Below the pieces are notes generated by a model. It had not been told where the DNA came from. It saw only the letters and a program-made list of their open reading frames with translations, and did not search any database. Position numbers and translations under genes: made by a program. From Candidatus Magasanikiibacteriota bacterium (GTDB taxonomy: Bacteria; Patescibacteriota; Patescibacteriia; Magasanikbacterales; UBA922): 64,000 nucleotides of DNA. The stretch is taken from the NCBI GenBank assembly GCA_002716765.1, contig PBBY01000012.1, positions 18,321 through 82,320 of the forward strand, read 5' to 3'. Every line of letters begins with the position of its first letter. The first letter of the stretch is position 1. Shown here piece by piece: positions 27,839-36,390 of this stretch.

Positions 27839-29545
27839 ATGAAACACAAAAAAACAAACATTATTCAAATACTAGAAACGATTATAGAAAGAAAGCCCAA
27901 AACAAAGGCTGAATTTGACGATGTCAGAAGAAAAGTATGTAGTTCGTTGAAAATATCCCAACCTTCAAATAGTCAGGTTTTAGCTGTATACAAAGAATTA
28001 TTAAAGCAGAAAAAGATTGTCAAAAATCTTACTATAGAGCACCTGTGCATGAAGGCGGGAATTCGAAGCACTTCAGGAATTGCAGTGGTCACATCTTTAG
28101 TAAAGCCATATGCCTGCCCAGGAAAATGTGTGTATTGTCCCACAGAAGTACGTATGCCAAAAAGCTATATTGCCTCAGAACCTGCTGCGGCACGTTCATT
28201 GGCGCTTGATTTTGATCCATACCTCCTTATGCAAAAGCGGATTGAAATGTTGGAAAAAAATGGCCATCCAGTAGATAAAATTGAATATATAACAAAAGGT
28301 GGAACATGGAATGCCTACACACTCGCATACCAGTATTGGTATATTATGGAATCATTTAATGCATGTAATAACCTAACACGAAGAAAGCAAATTCCTCCAA
28401 CACAAGAATCTGATTGGGTTAAAAAACCAATCCAGGCACTGATTGATCGAACAGAAAAAGAACAACGATACAACGAAAAAGCAAAGCATAGAATTATTGG
28501 TATTACATTAGAAACACGACCGGACTGTATTACACCAAAAACAATATATCACATGCGAAAACAAGGGTGTACCAGGATTGAACTAGGACTTCAGGCACCT
28601 GACGATGCCATCTTATCTCTTATTAAACGTGGTCATACGGTAAATGAGTTTAAAAAGGCTATGTACTTGTTGCGTTGTGCTGGTTTTAAGGTAGACTTGC
28701 ACTTTATGCCAGATTTACCAGGAACCACACCAACCCATGATATTGCCATGTATACCTCACTATTTTCCGATCCAGCACTTTGCCCAGATATGGTTAAAAT
28801 TTACCCAAACACTGTTATTAAAAGCGCTGAATTGTATCAATGGTTTAAAAAAGGCAAATATAAATCATACGGAGATAAAGCATTATTCCGTACACTTCTT
28901 GCCATGAAAAAAGCCACACCCAGGTATTGTAGAATTTCTCGACTCATTCGGGATATTCCATCAAATGAAATTAGCGACGGAAATACGATTACCAATTTAC
29001 GAGAATCACTTGCACAATCATTAAAACAGCAAAATGAAGTATGCGCTTGTTTACGCTGTAGAGAAATCTCAAGACAAGTGGGAAATATACCAAAAGATAC
29101 CCCACCACAACTTTTTGTGGACACGTATAAAACAGTTGGCGGAATAGAACATTGTATTACGTTTGAAGACCCAAAACGTATTGCTGTTTTTGGTTTTTTG
29201 CGACTCCGTATTCCAAAACCGCTCTCCAAAGAAGAGGAAAAAGAGTATCCATGGGCTCCGCAACAGTCCTGCCTTGCCTTACTAAAACAAATACCAGAAA
29301 TCAAAAACTGTGCCTTTATTCGCGAACTACATGTATATGGTCAACTAGTAAAAATTGGTGAACAAAAAGAAAAGGCGTCACAACACAAAGGTTTGGGGAA
29401 AAAACTCATGAAAGCAGCAGAAGATATTATACAAAAAGAAGGGATAAAGAAAAGTGCTGTGATTTCTGGTGTGGGAGTAAGAGGGTATTACAAAAAACTC
29501 GGCTACAGAAAAGTTGGCACATATATGATAAAAAAGTTATACTAA
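27839..29545 (+). CDS. elp3: Elp3-type radical-SAM / GNAT tRNA uridine(34) carboxymethyl-modification enzyme
   Basis: Has the radical SAM cluster motif (CPGKCVYCP) and the Elp3 signature (SYIASEPAAARS...DKIEYITKGGTWNAY...ITLETRPD). The C-terminal GNAT carries QHKGLGKKLM. Confidence 0.88.
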   Translation: MKHKKTNIIQILETIIERKPKTKAEFDDVRRKVCSSLKISQPSNSQVLAVYKELLKQKKIVKNLTIEHLCMKAGIRSTSGIAVVTSLVKPYACPGKCVYCPTEVRMPKSYIASEPAAARSLALDFDPYLLMQKRIEMLEKNGHPVDKIEYITKGGTWNAYTLAYQYWYIMESFNACNNLTRRKQIPPTQESDWVKKPIQALIDRTEKEQRYNEKAKHRIIGITLETRPDCITPKTIYHMRKQGCTRIELGLQAPDDAILSLIKRGHTVNEFKKAMYLLRCAGFKVDLHFMPDLPGTTPTHDIAMYTSLFSDPALCPDMVKIYPNTVIKSAELYQWFKKGKYKSYGDKALFRTLLAMKKATPRYCRISRLIRDIPSNEISDGNTITNLRESLAQSLKQQNEVCACLRCREISRQVGNIPKDTPPQLFVDTYKTVGGIEHCITFEDPKRIAVFGFLRLRIPKPLSKEEEKEYPWAPQQSCLALLKQIPEIKNCAFIRELHVYGQLVKIGEQKEKASQHKGLGKKLMKAAEDIIQKEGIKKSAVISGVGVRGYYKKLGYRKVGTYMIKKLY

Positions 29546-29577
29546 TACATATGTTTACTCACCCTTAATCCGTAATT

Positions 29578-30822
29578 ATGAAGACTGAATCAATACAGCA
29601 ATATGATCCAATTATTAATGATGCCATCAAAAAAGAGTTGCATCGCCAAGAAAATGGATTAGAGATGATTCCATCGGAAAACTTCGTCTCTCCGGCGGTT
29701 CTAGAAGCTTTGGGGTCAGTTGTTACAAACAAATATGCTGAAGGCTATCCTGGAAAACGATATTATGGCGGATGTGAACATATAGACACGATTGAACAGC
29801 TTGCCATTGATCGAGCAAAACAGATTTTTGGCGCAGAACATGTAAACGTTCAACCGCTTTCTGGTGCACCAGCGAATATTGCAGCTTATTTTGCAGTACT
29901 TAAGCCGGGTGATACTATTTTAGGAATGGATCTGTCTCACGGTGGCCACTTAACTCACGGCCATCCGGTAACTCACATGACACAAGTGTTTCAGTTTAAG
30001 AGATATAAAACTAATACAAAAGGTGAGATTGATATAGAAAATTTGCGAGAAATGGCGCTTGCACATAAACCAAAACTTATTTTAGTAGGATATTCTGCGT
30101 ATTCAAGAGAAATTGCATATGAAAAAATACAAGCCATTGCAGATGAAGTTGGTGCTATAACTATGGCCGATATTGCACATATTGCCGGACTTATTGCTGG
30201 TGGAGAAATGAATAATCCTGTACCAATTTTCGATATTATTACCACCACTACCCACAAAACACTACGTGGACCACGCGGTGGCATGATTATGTGCAAAGAA
30301 AAATTTGCAAAATATATAGATAAGTCCGTTTTTCCCGGTTTACAGGGCGGGCCACACGAAAACAATATCGCGGCAAAAGCGATTGCTTTTAAAGAAGCAC
30401 TTGAACCCAAATTTAAAGACTATGCCAAACAAATTAAAGCAAATGCAAAAGCATTAGAAAAAGTATTTCATGCAAATGACTACACCTTATGTTTTGGTGG
30501 AACCGATAATCATCTACTCCTCATTGATGTTACATCAAAAGGATTAACTGGAAAAGATGCCGAGGAGGCGCTTGATAAAGCGGGTATTACCGTAAACAAA
30601 AACATGATCCCCGACGATCCCAGATCTCCGTTTAATCCTTCTGGAATACGACTTGGCACTCCAGCACTTACCACGCGCGGCATGAAAGAAAAAGAAATGG
30701 AAATTATCGCACAATATATTAACGAAGCAATCACATATCACAAAAATGAAGAGAGATTACATGAAATAAGAGAAGCGGTGCGGCTGTTAACTAAAAAATT
30801 TCCTCTGTATACTTCTCTCTAA
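29578..30822 (+). CDS. glyA: Serine hydroxymethyltransferase
   Basis: Reads LEMIPSENFVSPAVLEA...NKYAEGYPGKRYYGG...TTTTHKTLRGPRGG. Confidence 0.95.
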   Translation: MKTESIQQYDPIINDAIKKELHRQENGLEMIPSENFVSPAVLEALGSVVTNKYAEGYPGKRYYGGCEHIDTIEQLAIDRAKQIFGAEHVNVQPLSGAPANIAAYFAVLKPGDTILGMDLSHGGHLTHGHPVTHMTQVFQFKRYKTNTKGEIDIENLREMALAHKPKLILVGYSAYSREIAYEKIQAIADEVGAITMADIAHIAGLIAGGEMNNPVPIFDIITTTTHKTLRGPRGGMIMCKEKFAKYIDKSVFPGLQGGPHENNIAAKAIAFKEALEPKFKDYAKQIKANAKALEKVFHANDYTLCFGGTDNHLLLIDVTSKGLTGKDAEEALDKAGITVNKNMIPDDPRSPFNPSGIRLGTPALTTRGMKEKEMEIIAQYINEAITYHKNEERLHEIREAVRLLTKKFPLYTSL

Positions 30823-30828
30823 AAAACA

Positions 30829-31293
30829 GTGACACGTATGAAACCAGAAACACACATAATAGACACAGAAGAAGATATGGTTACTCTTGGTGCATCTTTG
30901 GCAGAAACACTTTCTGGCGGAGATGTTATATTACTTAAAGGCAATCTTGGTGCAGGAAAAACCACCATAGCAAAAGGTATTGCAAAAGGACTTAATGTAA
31001 CAGAAGTCATTACCAGTCCAACGTTTACTTACATGCAAGTATATCCAGCTAACCTTACAGAAAAAGGTATTACGCAACTAGTCCACATAGACACTTATCG
31101 TGCAGAAAATCAACAAGCTCTAGAAAACATTGGTATAATGGAATTTTTATTCGACAAAGAAACTGTATCAATCATAGAATGGCCAGAAAAAATTTATACA
31201 TTAATAAAAGACAGGTCGTATATAGACATTTCTATACAACACACAAAAGAAAACTCTAGGAAAATTACCATAATACAAAACAAAAAAAAGTAG
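30829..31293 (+). CDS. tsaE: tRNA t6A37 biosynthesis ATPase TsaE
   Basis: P-loop LKGNLGAGKTTIAKGIAKGL followed by SPTFTY...HIDTYR. The start is either the GTG at 30829 or the ATG at 30838. Confidence 0.85.
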   Translation: MTRMKPETHIIDTEEDMVTLGASLAETLSGGDVILLKGNLGAGKTTIAKGIAKGLNVTEVITSPTFTYMQVYPANLTEKGITQLVHIDTYRAENQQALENIGIMEFLFDKETVSIIEWPEKIYTLIKDRSYIDISIQHTKENSRKITIIQNKKK

Positions 31294-31322
31294 TGATATA
31301 CTACTTTTTTCTTTTACAGCGT

Positions 31323-32012
31323 TTATTCCACTACCGTTCCTTTAAATGTTTTTCCTTCAATTGCTTTTTGTACTTCTGTCAAGTTTGTTCCATTTAAAAT
31401 CCCCACTTTCATACCAAATTTTTGTGCATCTTTGCTGGCAATTGGGTCAAATGGCGCACTTTTTCCGGGCTCCCAAGTGTGTCCAACTATATCATCTCGC
31501 AAAGTTTGCCAATCTATATACTTCAGTTTTTTTGCTTCTGGATACACATTGGGATCCTTGTCATAAACATAGGAGATATTTGATAAATTGAACAGCTCTT
31601 TTGCTCCGTATGTTTTTGCCAATAAAACTGCATCTCGATCTGTTGAAAATCCCGGTTTCCACCCGGCTGCAATAATGAGCGGTTTTCTTGTGTGCACTTT
31701 TTTTCTTGGATCAGTAATAATATCTTTGTATGCAATATCTTTAAATAAATACCGCACAAATTGTGCATTATATATTGTAGTGTGAATACCAATCCAATCT
31801 AAATCAGTATCGGACAAAGATACAATTTGCTTTGCCGCATCTTGATACTTTCTACAAATTGCACCACCTCCTATAACCAGTATAAACCGCTCCCCTTTTT
31901 TTATTTGATCTAAAATAAGCTGTCTAAATTTTTTTAAAAAAGGAATATCAAAACCCGTTTTAGGAATAATAATAGATCCGCCAACAGAAATAATTTTCAT
32001 TGCTTTTTTCAT
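31323..32012 (-). CDS. pyrH: Archaeal-type UMP kinase (amino-acid-kinase fold)
   Basis: Reads KIISVGGSIIIP...FILVIGGGAICRKY...IGIHTTIYNA...GWKPGFSTDRDAVLLA...VYDKDPNVYPEAKK. This is collinear by eye with Pyrococcus-type PyrH. Confidence 0.65.
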   Translation of the reverse strand: MKKAMKIISVGGSIIIPKTGFDIPFLKKFRQLILDQIKKGERFILVIGGGAICRKYQDAAKQIVSLSDTDLDWIGIHTTIYNAQFVRYLFKDIAYKDIITDPRKKVHTRKPLIIAAGWKPGFSTDRDAVLLAKTYGAKELFNLSNISYVYDKDPNVYPEAKKLKYIDWQTLRDDIVGHTWEPGKSAPFDPIASKDAQKFGMKVGILNGTNLTEVQKAIEGKTFKGTVVE

Positions 32013-32015
32013 AGT

Positions 32016-32357
32016 CTATTTCTTTTCTAATGCTACGGTGGCAACACCGCTAATAATTGACAACATAAACGCCCCAACAAAAGCAGCCACAAAGCTCGAT
32101 ACCACAAACCCTTCTACCACCGTACTCACAAACCAAAAAAGTAAGGCATTTACCACAAAGGTAAATAACCCTAAAGTAAGAATATTAATAGGCAGGGTAA
32201 AAAAGAGTAAAATTGGGCGAATAATGGCATTTACTAGTCCTAAAATAAGAATAGTAATAAATGCCGCATACCAACCACTTAGTGTAATTCCACCGAGAAA
32301 TTGTGCAATAAGAAGTAATCCAGCAGCATTGATAGCCCAACGAAGAAGTAATTTCAT
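32016..32357 (-). CDS. Small 4-TM membrane protein (DUF360 / holin-4-like family)
   Basis: 113 aa reading WAINAAGLLLIAQFLGGI...LGLVNAIIRPILLFFTLPINILTLGLFTFVVNAL. Confidence 0.6.
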   Translation of the reverse strand: MKLLLRWAINAAGLLLIAQFLGGITLSGWYAAFITILILGLVNAIIRPILLFFTLPINILTLGLFTFVVNALLFWFVSTVVEGFVVSSFVAAFVGAFMLSIISGVATVALEKK

Positions 32358-32372
32358 AAAATAAGCTTAATA

Positions 32373-33257
32373 TTATGGTAATAGCATACTACATCCAGCT
32401 TGTTTTATCAATCCATCTTTAATAAGACCCTGAATAATAGTTTGTTGCCTTTTTTTGGGAATATCAGCACACAATTTGGCAATAGTTTTTATGGTAATTG
32501 ACTTTTCACTCCGCAATGCATCGACTATCCTTCCGCGATAATATCGATTAGTTTGTCGAAACGGGGTATGTGCTTTTTTCTGCTGTTTTTTTACCTGATC
32601 TGGAAATAATTGATCAAATTGTTTTATAGGGCAATCTTGTAAATGTGTCCCACGAGCTAAAAAGTGTGCACCAAAATCCATTAATGCTTGATTCCAATGA
32701 TATACCATACTTTTTTTATCGGAAAACAGTGATGGAAGAGTAAGTAGGTCCGCAACAAGATCTTTGGTTTTTTCTAATAATATTTTGTCTGATTGCCCAT
32801 TTTCTTGAAAAAAAATACGAGAATAAAACTTTCTGTGATTCGTATCCATCATTGCAACTGGCTTATCAAAAGCAAAAGACAGTATGGCTCTTGCGGTATA
32901 GTTTCCAATTCCAGGCAATGTCATCAATGTGTCTATATCTTGCGGAAACCTTCCACCATACTCTTGTCTAATCGCTTGTGCTGTTTTTTGCAAATATAGT
33001 GCACGCCTGTTATACCCTAACCCTTTCCACGCGGTAATCACCTCTCCGGGTGAGGCATTTCCAAGTTGTTTTACAGAGGGAAAGTATCGCAAAAACTCAC
33101 GATATTTTATTATAACACGATCTACTTGTGTTTGTTGCAACATAACTTCGCTCACCAATATATGATATGGCCTCATCGTACGGCGCCAAGGCAAGTCTCT
33201 TTTATTTTTTTTATACCAGTGAAGTATAGGAAGAATAATCTGTTCTTTTCGCGTCAT
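32373..33257 (-). CDS. HhH-GPD DNA glycosylase (MutY/Nth-like) without the usual 4Cys Fe-S loop
   Basis: Reads LPWRRT..PYHILVSEVMLQQTQV, KGLGYNRRA, and LPGIGNYTARAILSFAF...MDTN. Only one Cys follows the HhH-GPD core. A basic C-terminal extension is present. Confidence 0.75.
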   Translation of the reverse strand: MTRKEQIILPILHWYKKNKRDLPWRRTMRPYHILVSEVMLQQTQVDRVIIKYREFLRYFPSVKQLGNASPGEVITAWKGLGYNRRALYLQKTAQAIRQEYGGRFPQDIDTLMTLPGIGNYTARAILSFAFDKPVAMMDTNHRKFYSRIFFQENGQSDKILLEKTKDLVADLLTLPSLFSDKKSMVYHWNQALMDFGAHFLARGTHLQDCPIKQFDQLFPDQVKKQQKKAHTPFRQTNRYYRGRIVDALRSEKSITIKTIAKLCADIPKKRQQTIIQGLIKDGLIKQAGCSMLLP

Positions 33258-33259
33258 AA

Positions 33260-34048
33260 TTATGAACCAACAATAGCATGTTTTGGTGTATTCCCAATAA
33301 TTGAAACAGGTACACCAATATCAATATATGAATAGAGTTTCTTTGCATCAGCCGTACGCATATTTACACAACCATGTGACCGTGTTCGTTGACCAAAATC
33401 ATTATGCCAATATGCACCGTGAATATAATACAGTGGCTTAAATTTCATGTTCCATTCTACCCCAGGCAAATCATATCCGGGACCAGAATATCTTTTTTTA
33501 GGAATTTTTGTTGTAATAGTAAACTCTCCTTCTGGTGTTGGCGAATGTGGATTTCCGGTAGAAACTGGCCAATTTTCTATTTTTACCCCATCGACATAGT
33601 AATACAATCGCTGTGCCGTTCTATCAACCTCCACCTTTTTACTATATTTGATTATCGGACGTATGTCTTTTGGGTCATATCCTCTAGAAACTTCAACAAA
33701 ATCATTATACCCGTCACCATCGGTATCTATTTGTCCTATATCACTTCCAAACCACCGCTCTAACCAGTCATTTAGTCCGTCGTCATCGTAGTCAGATTCA
33801 TGCATCCACGCACCATTTCCTTGGTGTGGAGAATAATCATGCGCAATTTCAACACCATCAAAAAACCCATCACCGTCGGTATCTGGATTATACGGATCGG
33901 TGTGGTATACCTCTTCTAAGATATTAGACAATCCGTCGTTATCGGTATCATGATCTTGTGCAAACACCGGGCTAATAGGTGTAAAACACGCTAAAAGTAC
34001 CATTATAATTATTTGGGATATTCCTTGAGATGTAACGATATATTTCAT
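33260..34048 (-). CDS. L,D-transpeptidase (YkuD) with N-terminal thrombospondin-type-3-like Ca-binding repeats
   Basis: Has a signal peptide and four DxDxDGxxD repeats. The YkuD catalytic motif is HGAYWHNDFGQRTRSHGCVNM. Confidence 0.88.
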   Translation of the reverse strand: MKYIVTSQGISQIIIMVLLACFTPISPVFAQDHDTDNDGLSNILEEVYHTDPYNPDTDGDGFFDGVEIAHDYSPHQGNGAWMHESDYDDDGLNDWLERWFGSDIGQIDTDGDGYNDFVEVSRGYDPKDIRPIIKYSKKVEVDRTAQRLYYYVDGVKIENWPVSTGNPHSPTPEGEFTITTKIPKKRYSGPGYDLPGVEWNMKFKPLYYIHGAYWHNDFGQRTRSHGCVNMRTADAKKLYSYIDIGVPVSIIGNTPKHAIVGS

Positions 34049-34049
34049 A

Positions 34050-35489
34050 CTACTCTTCTCTTTTCACTCTATATAAACTATAAAATACTATACTGAGGAT
34101 AAAACAGACTAATGCGCTAAACTGCACTACTCTTTTAAGAAAATTATTACCAAAATCAAAATGGAATTTGTCTGGTACTAGTGGATCTTCATCATCCTTA
34201 TCGTTTTTTCCATCATTATCGGTATCGGACTCAACAGGATTTGTTCCTTTTTCTTTTTCCTCAATATCCGACAAACCATCATCATCGGTGTCGGATTTTA
34301 ATGGATCGGTACCACTAATTTTTTCGTCGGTATCACTAATTGTATCGTTGTCGTCGTCGGTATCTTCATTATTCCCAACACCGTCTAAATCTGTATCAAC
34401 TGTCTCTTCTGGATTAGTAGGAAACATGTCTTGTTCGTCGTAAACACCGTCGGTGTCGGTATCTACACTTAATGGATCAGTGCCAATTTCATACTCTTTC
34501 CCATCAGTTAGACCATCTTGATCGGAATCTGGATTAAGAGGGTCCGTACCAATTTCTATTTCTATGTTATCATCAAGACCGTCTTTATCGGAATCTTTTT
34601 CTCCTGGATGAAGACCTTTTTCTATTTCTTCTTTGTCGGATATCCCATCTTCATCACTATCACTTTTTTGTGGATTACTTCCGTGAATTTTTTCATCATT
34701 ATCGGTAACACCATCCCCATCGGTGTCTGGAACCAGTGGATCACTCCCAAAAACACGCTCTTCTTCATCAGAAAGTCCGTCGTTATCGTCGTCTGTATCG
34801 CTATTATCCCCTATATTATCATTATCGACATCAGCCCACTCTTTTGCATTTGTAGGAAATAAATCAACCTTGTCTTTGTGTCCATCACCATCAGTATCTT
34901 CACGGATTGGGTTCAGTCCACTATCTACTTCTTTTTTATCTGACAGACCATCACCATCGGTGTCTGTGCTGAGTGGATTAGTCCCCAACTCCTCTTCTTT
35001 AAGGTCATTGAGTCCATCATTATCATCGTCGACATCTTCTTTGTTTCCTATATTATCTCCGTCAGTATCTGAGTCTATATCAAAAGACCTAGAAACATCT
35101 ACAGCAGTAATTTGCTCATTTGCAATAGCGTTTTGTTCTCCGGTATTTGTAGACCCAACAACATTTTGAATTTGAATAGCAATATTTTGCTCACCAAAAG
35201 GAATGGGATATTCTAACCACACTTGTTTTGCTTGCTCAAACCCAAGGTCACGAACCGGGACCAAGCCAATTTGTTCTTGATTATTAAAAAACACCACATC
35301 GGCAGACAGTAAATGGAAGTCATTGTTTACGACAACAGTGTAAATTTTTACCGTGTCTCCGGCAAATGCATTTCCATTGGAAAGCACCACATTTTCGTCA
35401 ACCACAAAATTAAACGTCTGCGCAAACACAACAAACGGAAATAATGAAAAAATAAGGTTAAGTAGGAATACCTTTTTCAGAGGTAACAT
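34050..35489 (-). CDS. Cell-surface protein: signal peptide, Ig/CARDB-like domain, ~15 TSP3-like Ca-binding repeats, C-terminal TM anchor
   Basis: Starts MLPLKKVFLLNLIFSLFPFVVFAQT. DTDGDGLSD/DxDxDG motifs recur throughout. The C-terminus has a hydrophobic helix followed by RVKREE. Confidence 0.85.
   Translation of the reverse strand: MLPLKKVFLLNLIFSLFPFVVFAQTFNFVVDENVVLSNGNAFAGDTVKIYTVVVNNDFHLLSADVVFFNNQEQIGLVPVRDLGFEQAKQVWLEYPIPFGEQNIAIQIQNVVGSTNTGEQNAIANEQITAVDVSRSFDIDSDTDGDNIGNKEDVDDDNDGLNDLKEEELGTNPLSTDTDGDGLSDKKEVDSGLNPIREDTDGDGHKDKVDLFPTNAKEWADVDNDNIGDNSDTDDDNDGLSDEEERVFGSDPLVPDTDGDGVTDNDEKIHGSNPQKSDSDEDGISDKEEIEKGLHPGEKDSDKDGLDDNIEIEIGTDPLNPDSDQDGLTDGKEYEIGTDPLSVDTDTDGVYDEQDMFPTNPEETVDTDLDGVGNNEDTDDDNDTISDTDEKISGTDPLKSDTDDDGLSDIEEKEKGTNPVESDTDNDGKNDKDDEDPLVPDKFHFDFGNNFLKRVVQFSALVCFILSIVFYSLYRVKREE
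34155..35087 (-). repeat. Tandem coding repeats (TSP3-like DxDxDGxxDxxE units)
   Basis: About fifteen Asp-rich units are visible in the translation. The antisense frames give Ser-rich shadow ORFs. Confidence 0.75.
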
Positions 35490-36390
35490 AAATTTTTCCC
35501 AAAGGTGTTATATGTATAAGTATATCACCTTGTGTGTCTGTTCGCCAAGTTTTACTACCATTTCGCTCAAATCGTTTTATAATCCTTCGTGACGGGTGGT
35601 TGTATCTATTACTTCTTCCGGCTGAAAAAATAGTATGCACTGGTGATGTTATCTTTACAAATGGTATAATTGAAGAACCGGCAGCACCGTGATGACTTGC
35701 TTTTAGGATATCTACATCTAATTCTTTTCCATATTGTGTAATAAGGTATGATTCTAATTCATGTTCTGCATCACCAGGAAAAAGCATGCTTTTTTGTCCA
35801 TAATCAAGCAAAAAAACCAAAGAGGTGTTATTTGTGCTTACCTCTTTTTCTATTCCTGGAATCTTTGGATTGTATTGTATATTATGATCTGGATACAAGA
35901 ATCGGAGAGTAGTGCTGGCAATTTCCCAAGATACAACTGAATCAATAATTGTATACTCCGCCTCTTCAGCTTCCACATGTTGTGTAAAAACACGAAAATA
36001 GTCACTCCCCTGTTTTTCTGAGCCATTATACAAAATATGCGCAACCTCAAACTGCCTTAGTACGTCGATGCAGCCACCATAATGATCTAAATCTGGATGT
36101 GTTATAACCAAATAATCAATAGTTTTGTCATGAAATGGCATATATTTCCCCAACGCTTCACCAATTCTTCCATCAAGACTACAATCAACAAGCATTTGTC
36201 TACCATCTGGAAATATAATAAATGTTGCGTCCCCTTGCCCAATATCTAAAAAAATAATTTGTATACCAGTACTTTTTTCTTTTGTAACAGATGTATTGCC
36301 ATATTCTATCACTTCTTGCTTTACTACATATTCACGGAGAAAAACTACACAAAGTAATAAAAAAATAATAGGTATAATACTTTTTTTCAT
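35458..36390 (-). CDS. comEC: ComEC C-terminal metallo-beta-lactamase domain encoded as a separate TM-anchored protein
   Basis: Has an N-terminal TM segment, then IIFLDIGQGDATFIIF...ITHPDLDHYGG...ASHHGA. Its ATG overlaps the upstream gene's stop (ATGA at 36387-36390). Confidence 0.85.
   Translation of the reverse strand: MKKSIIPIIFLLLCVVFLREYVVKQEVIEYGNTSVTKEKSTGIQIIFLDIGQGDATFIIFPDGRQMLVDCSLDGRIGEALGKYMPFHDKTIDYLVITHPDLDHYGGCIDVLRQFEVAHILYNGSEKQGSDYFRVFTQHVEAEEAEYTIIDSVVSWEIASTTLRFLYPDHNIQYNPKIPGIEKEVSTNNTSLVFLLDYGQKSMLFPGDAEHELESYLITQYGKELDVDILKASHHGAAGSSIIPFVKITSPVHTIFSAGRSNRYNHPSRRIIKRFERNGSKTWRTDTQGDILIHITPLGKIYVTSEKGIPT

Noticed and set aside
32016-32357. 'Phage holin 4' type small membrane protein as a hint of a prophage.
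   Set aside because: No phage structural, lysis or integrase genes flank it. The family is widespread as a chromosomal 4-TM protein.
34168-35169. Ser-rich plus-strand ORFs (91, 114 and 148 aa) that look like a serine-repeat protein.
   Set aside because: They are antisense to the Asp-rich TSP3 repeats (GAT/GAC read backwards gives ATC/GTC/TCx). The minus-strand gene has a signal peptide, coherent repeats and a TM anchor.
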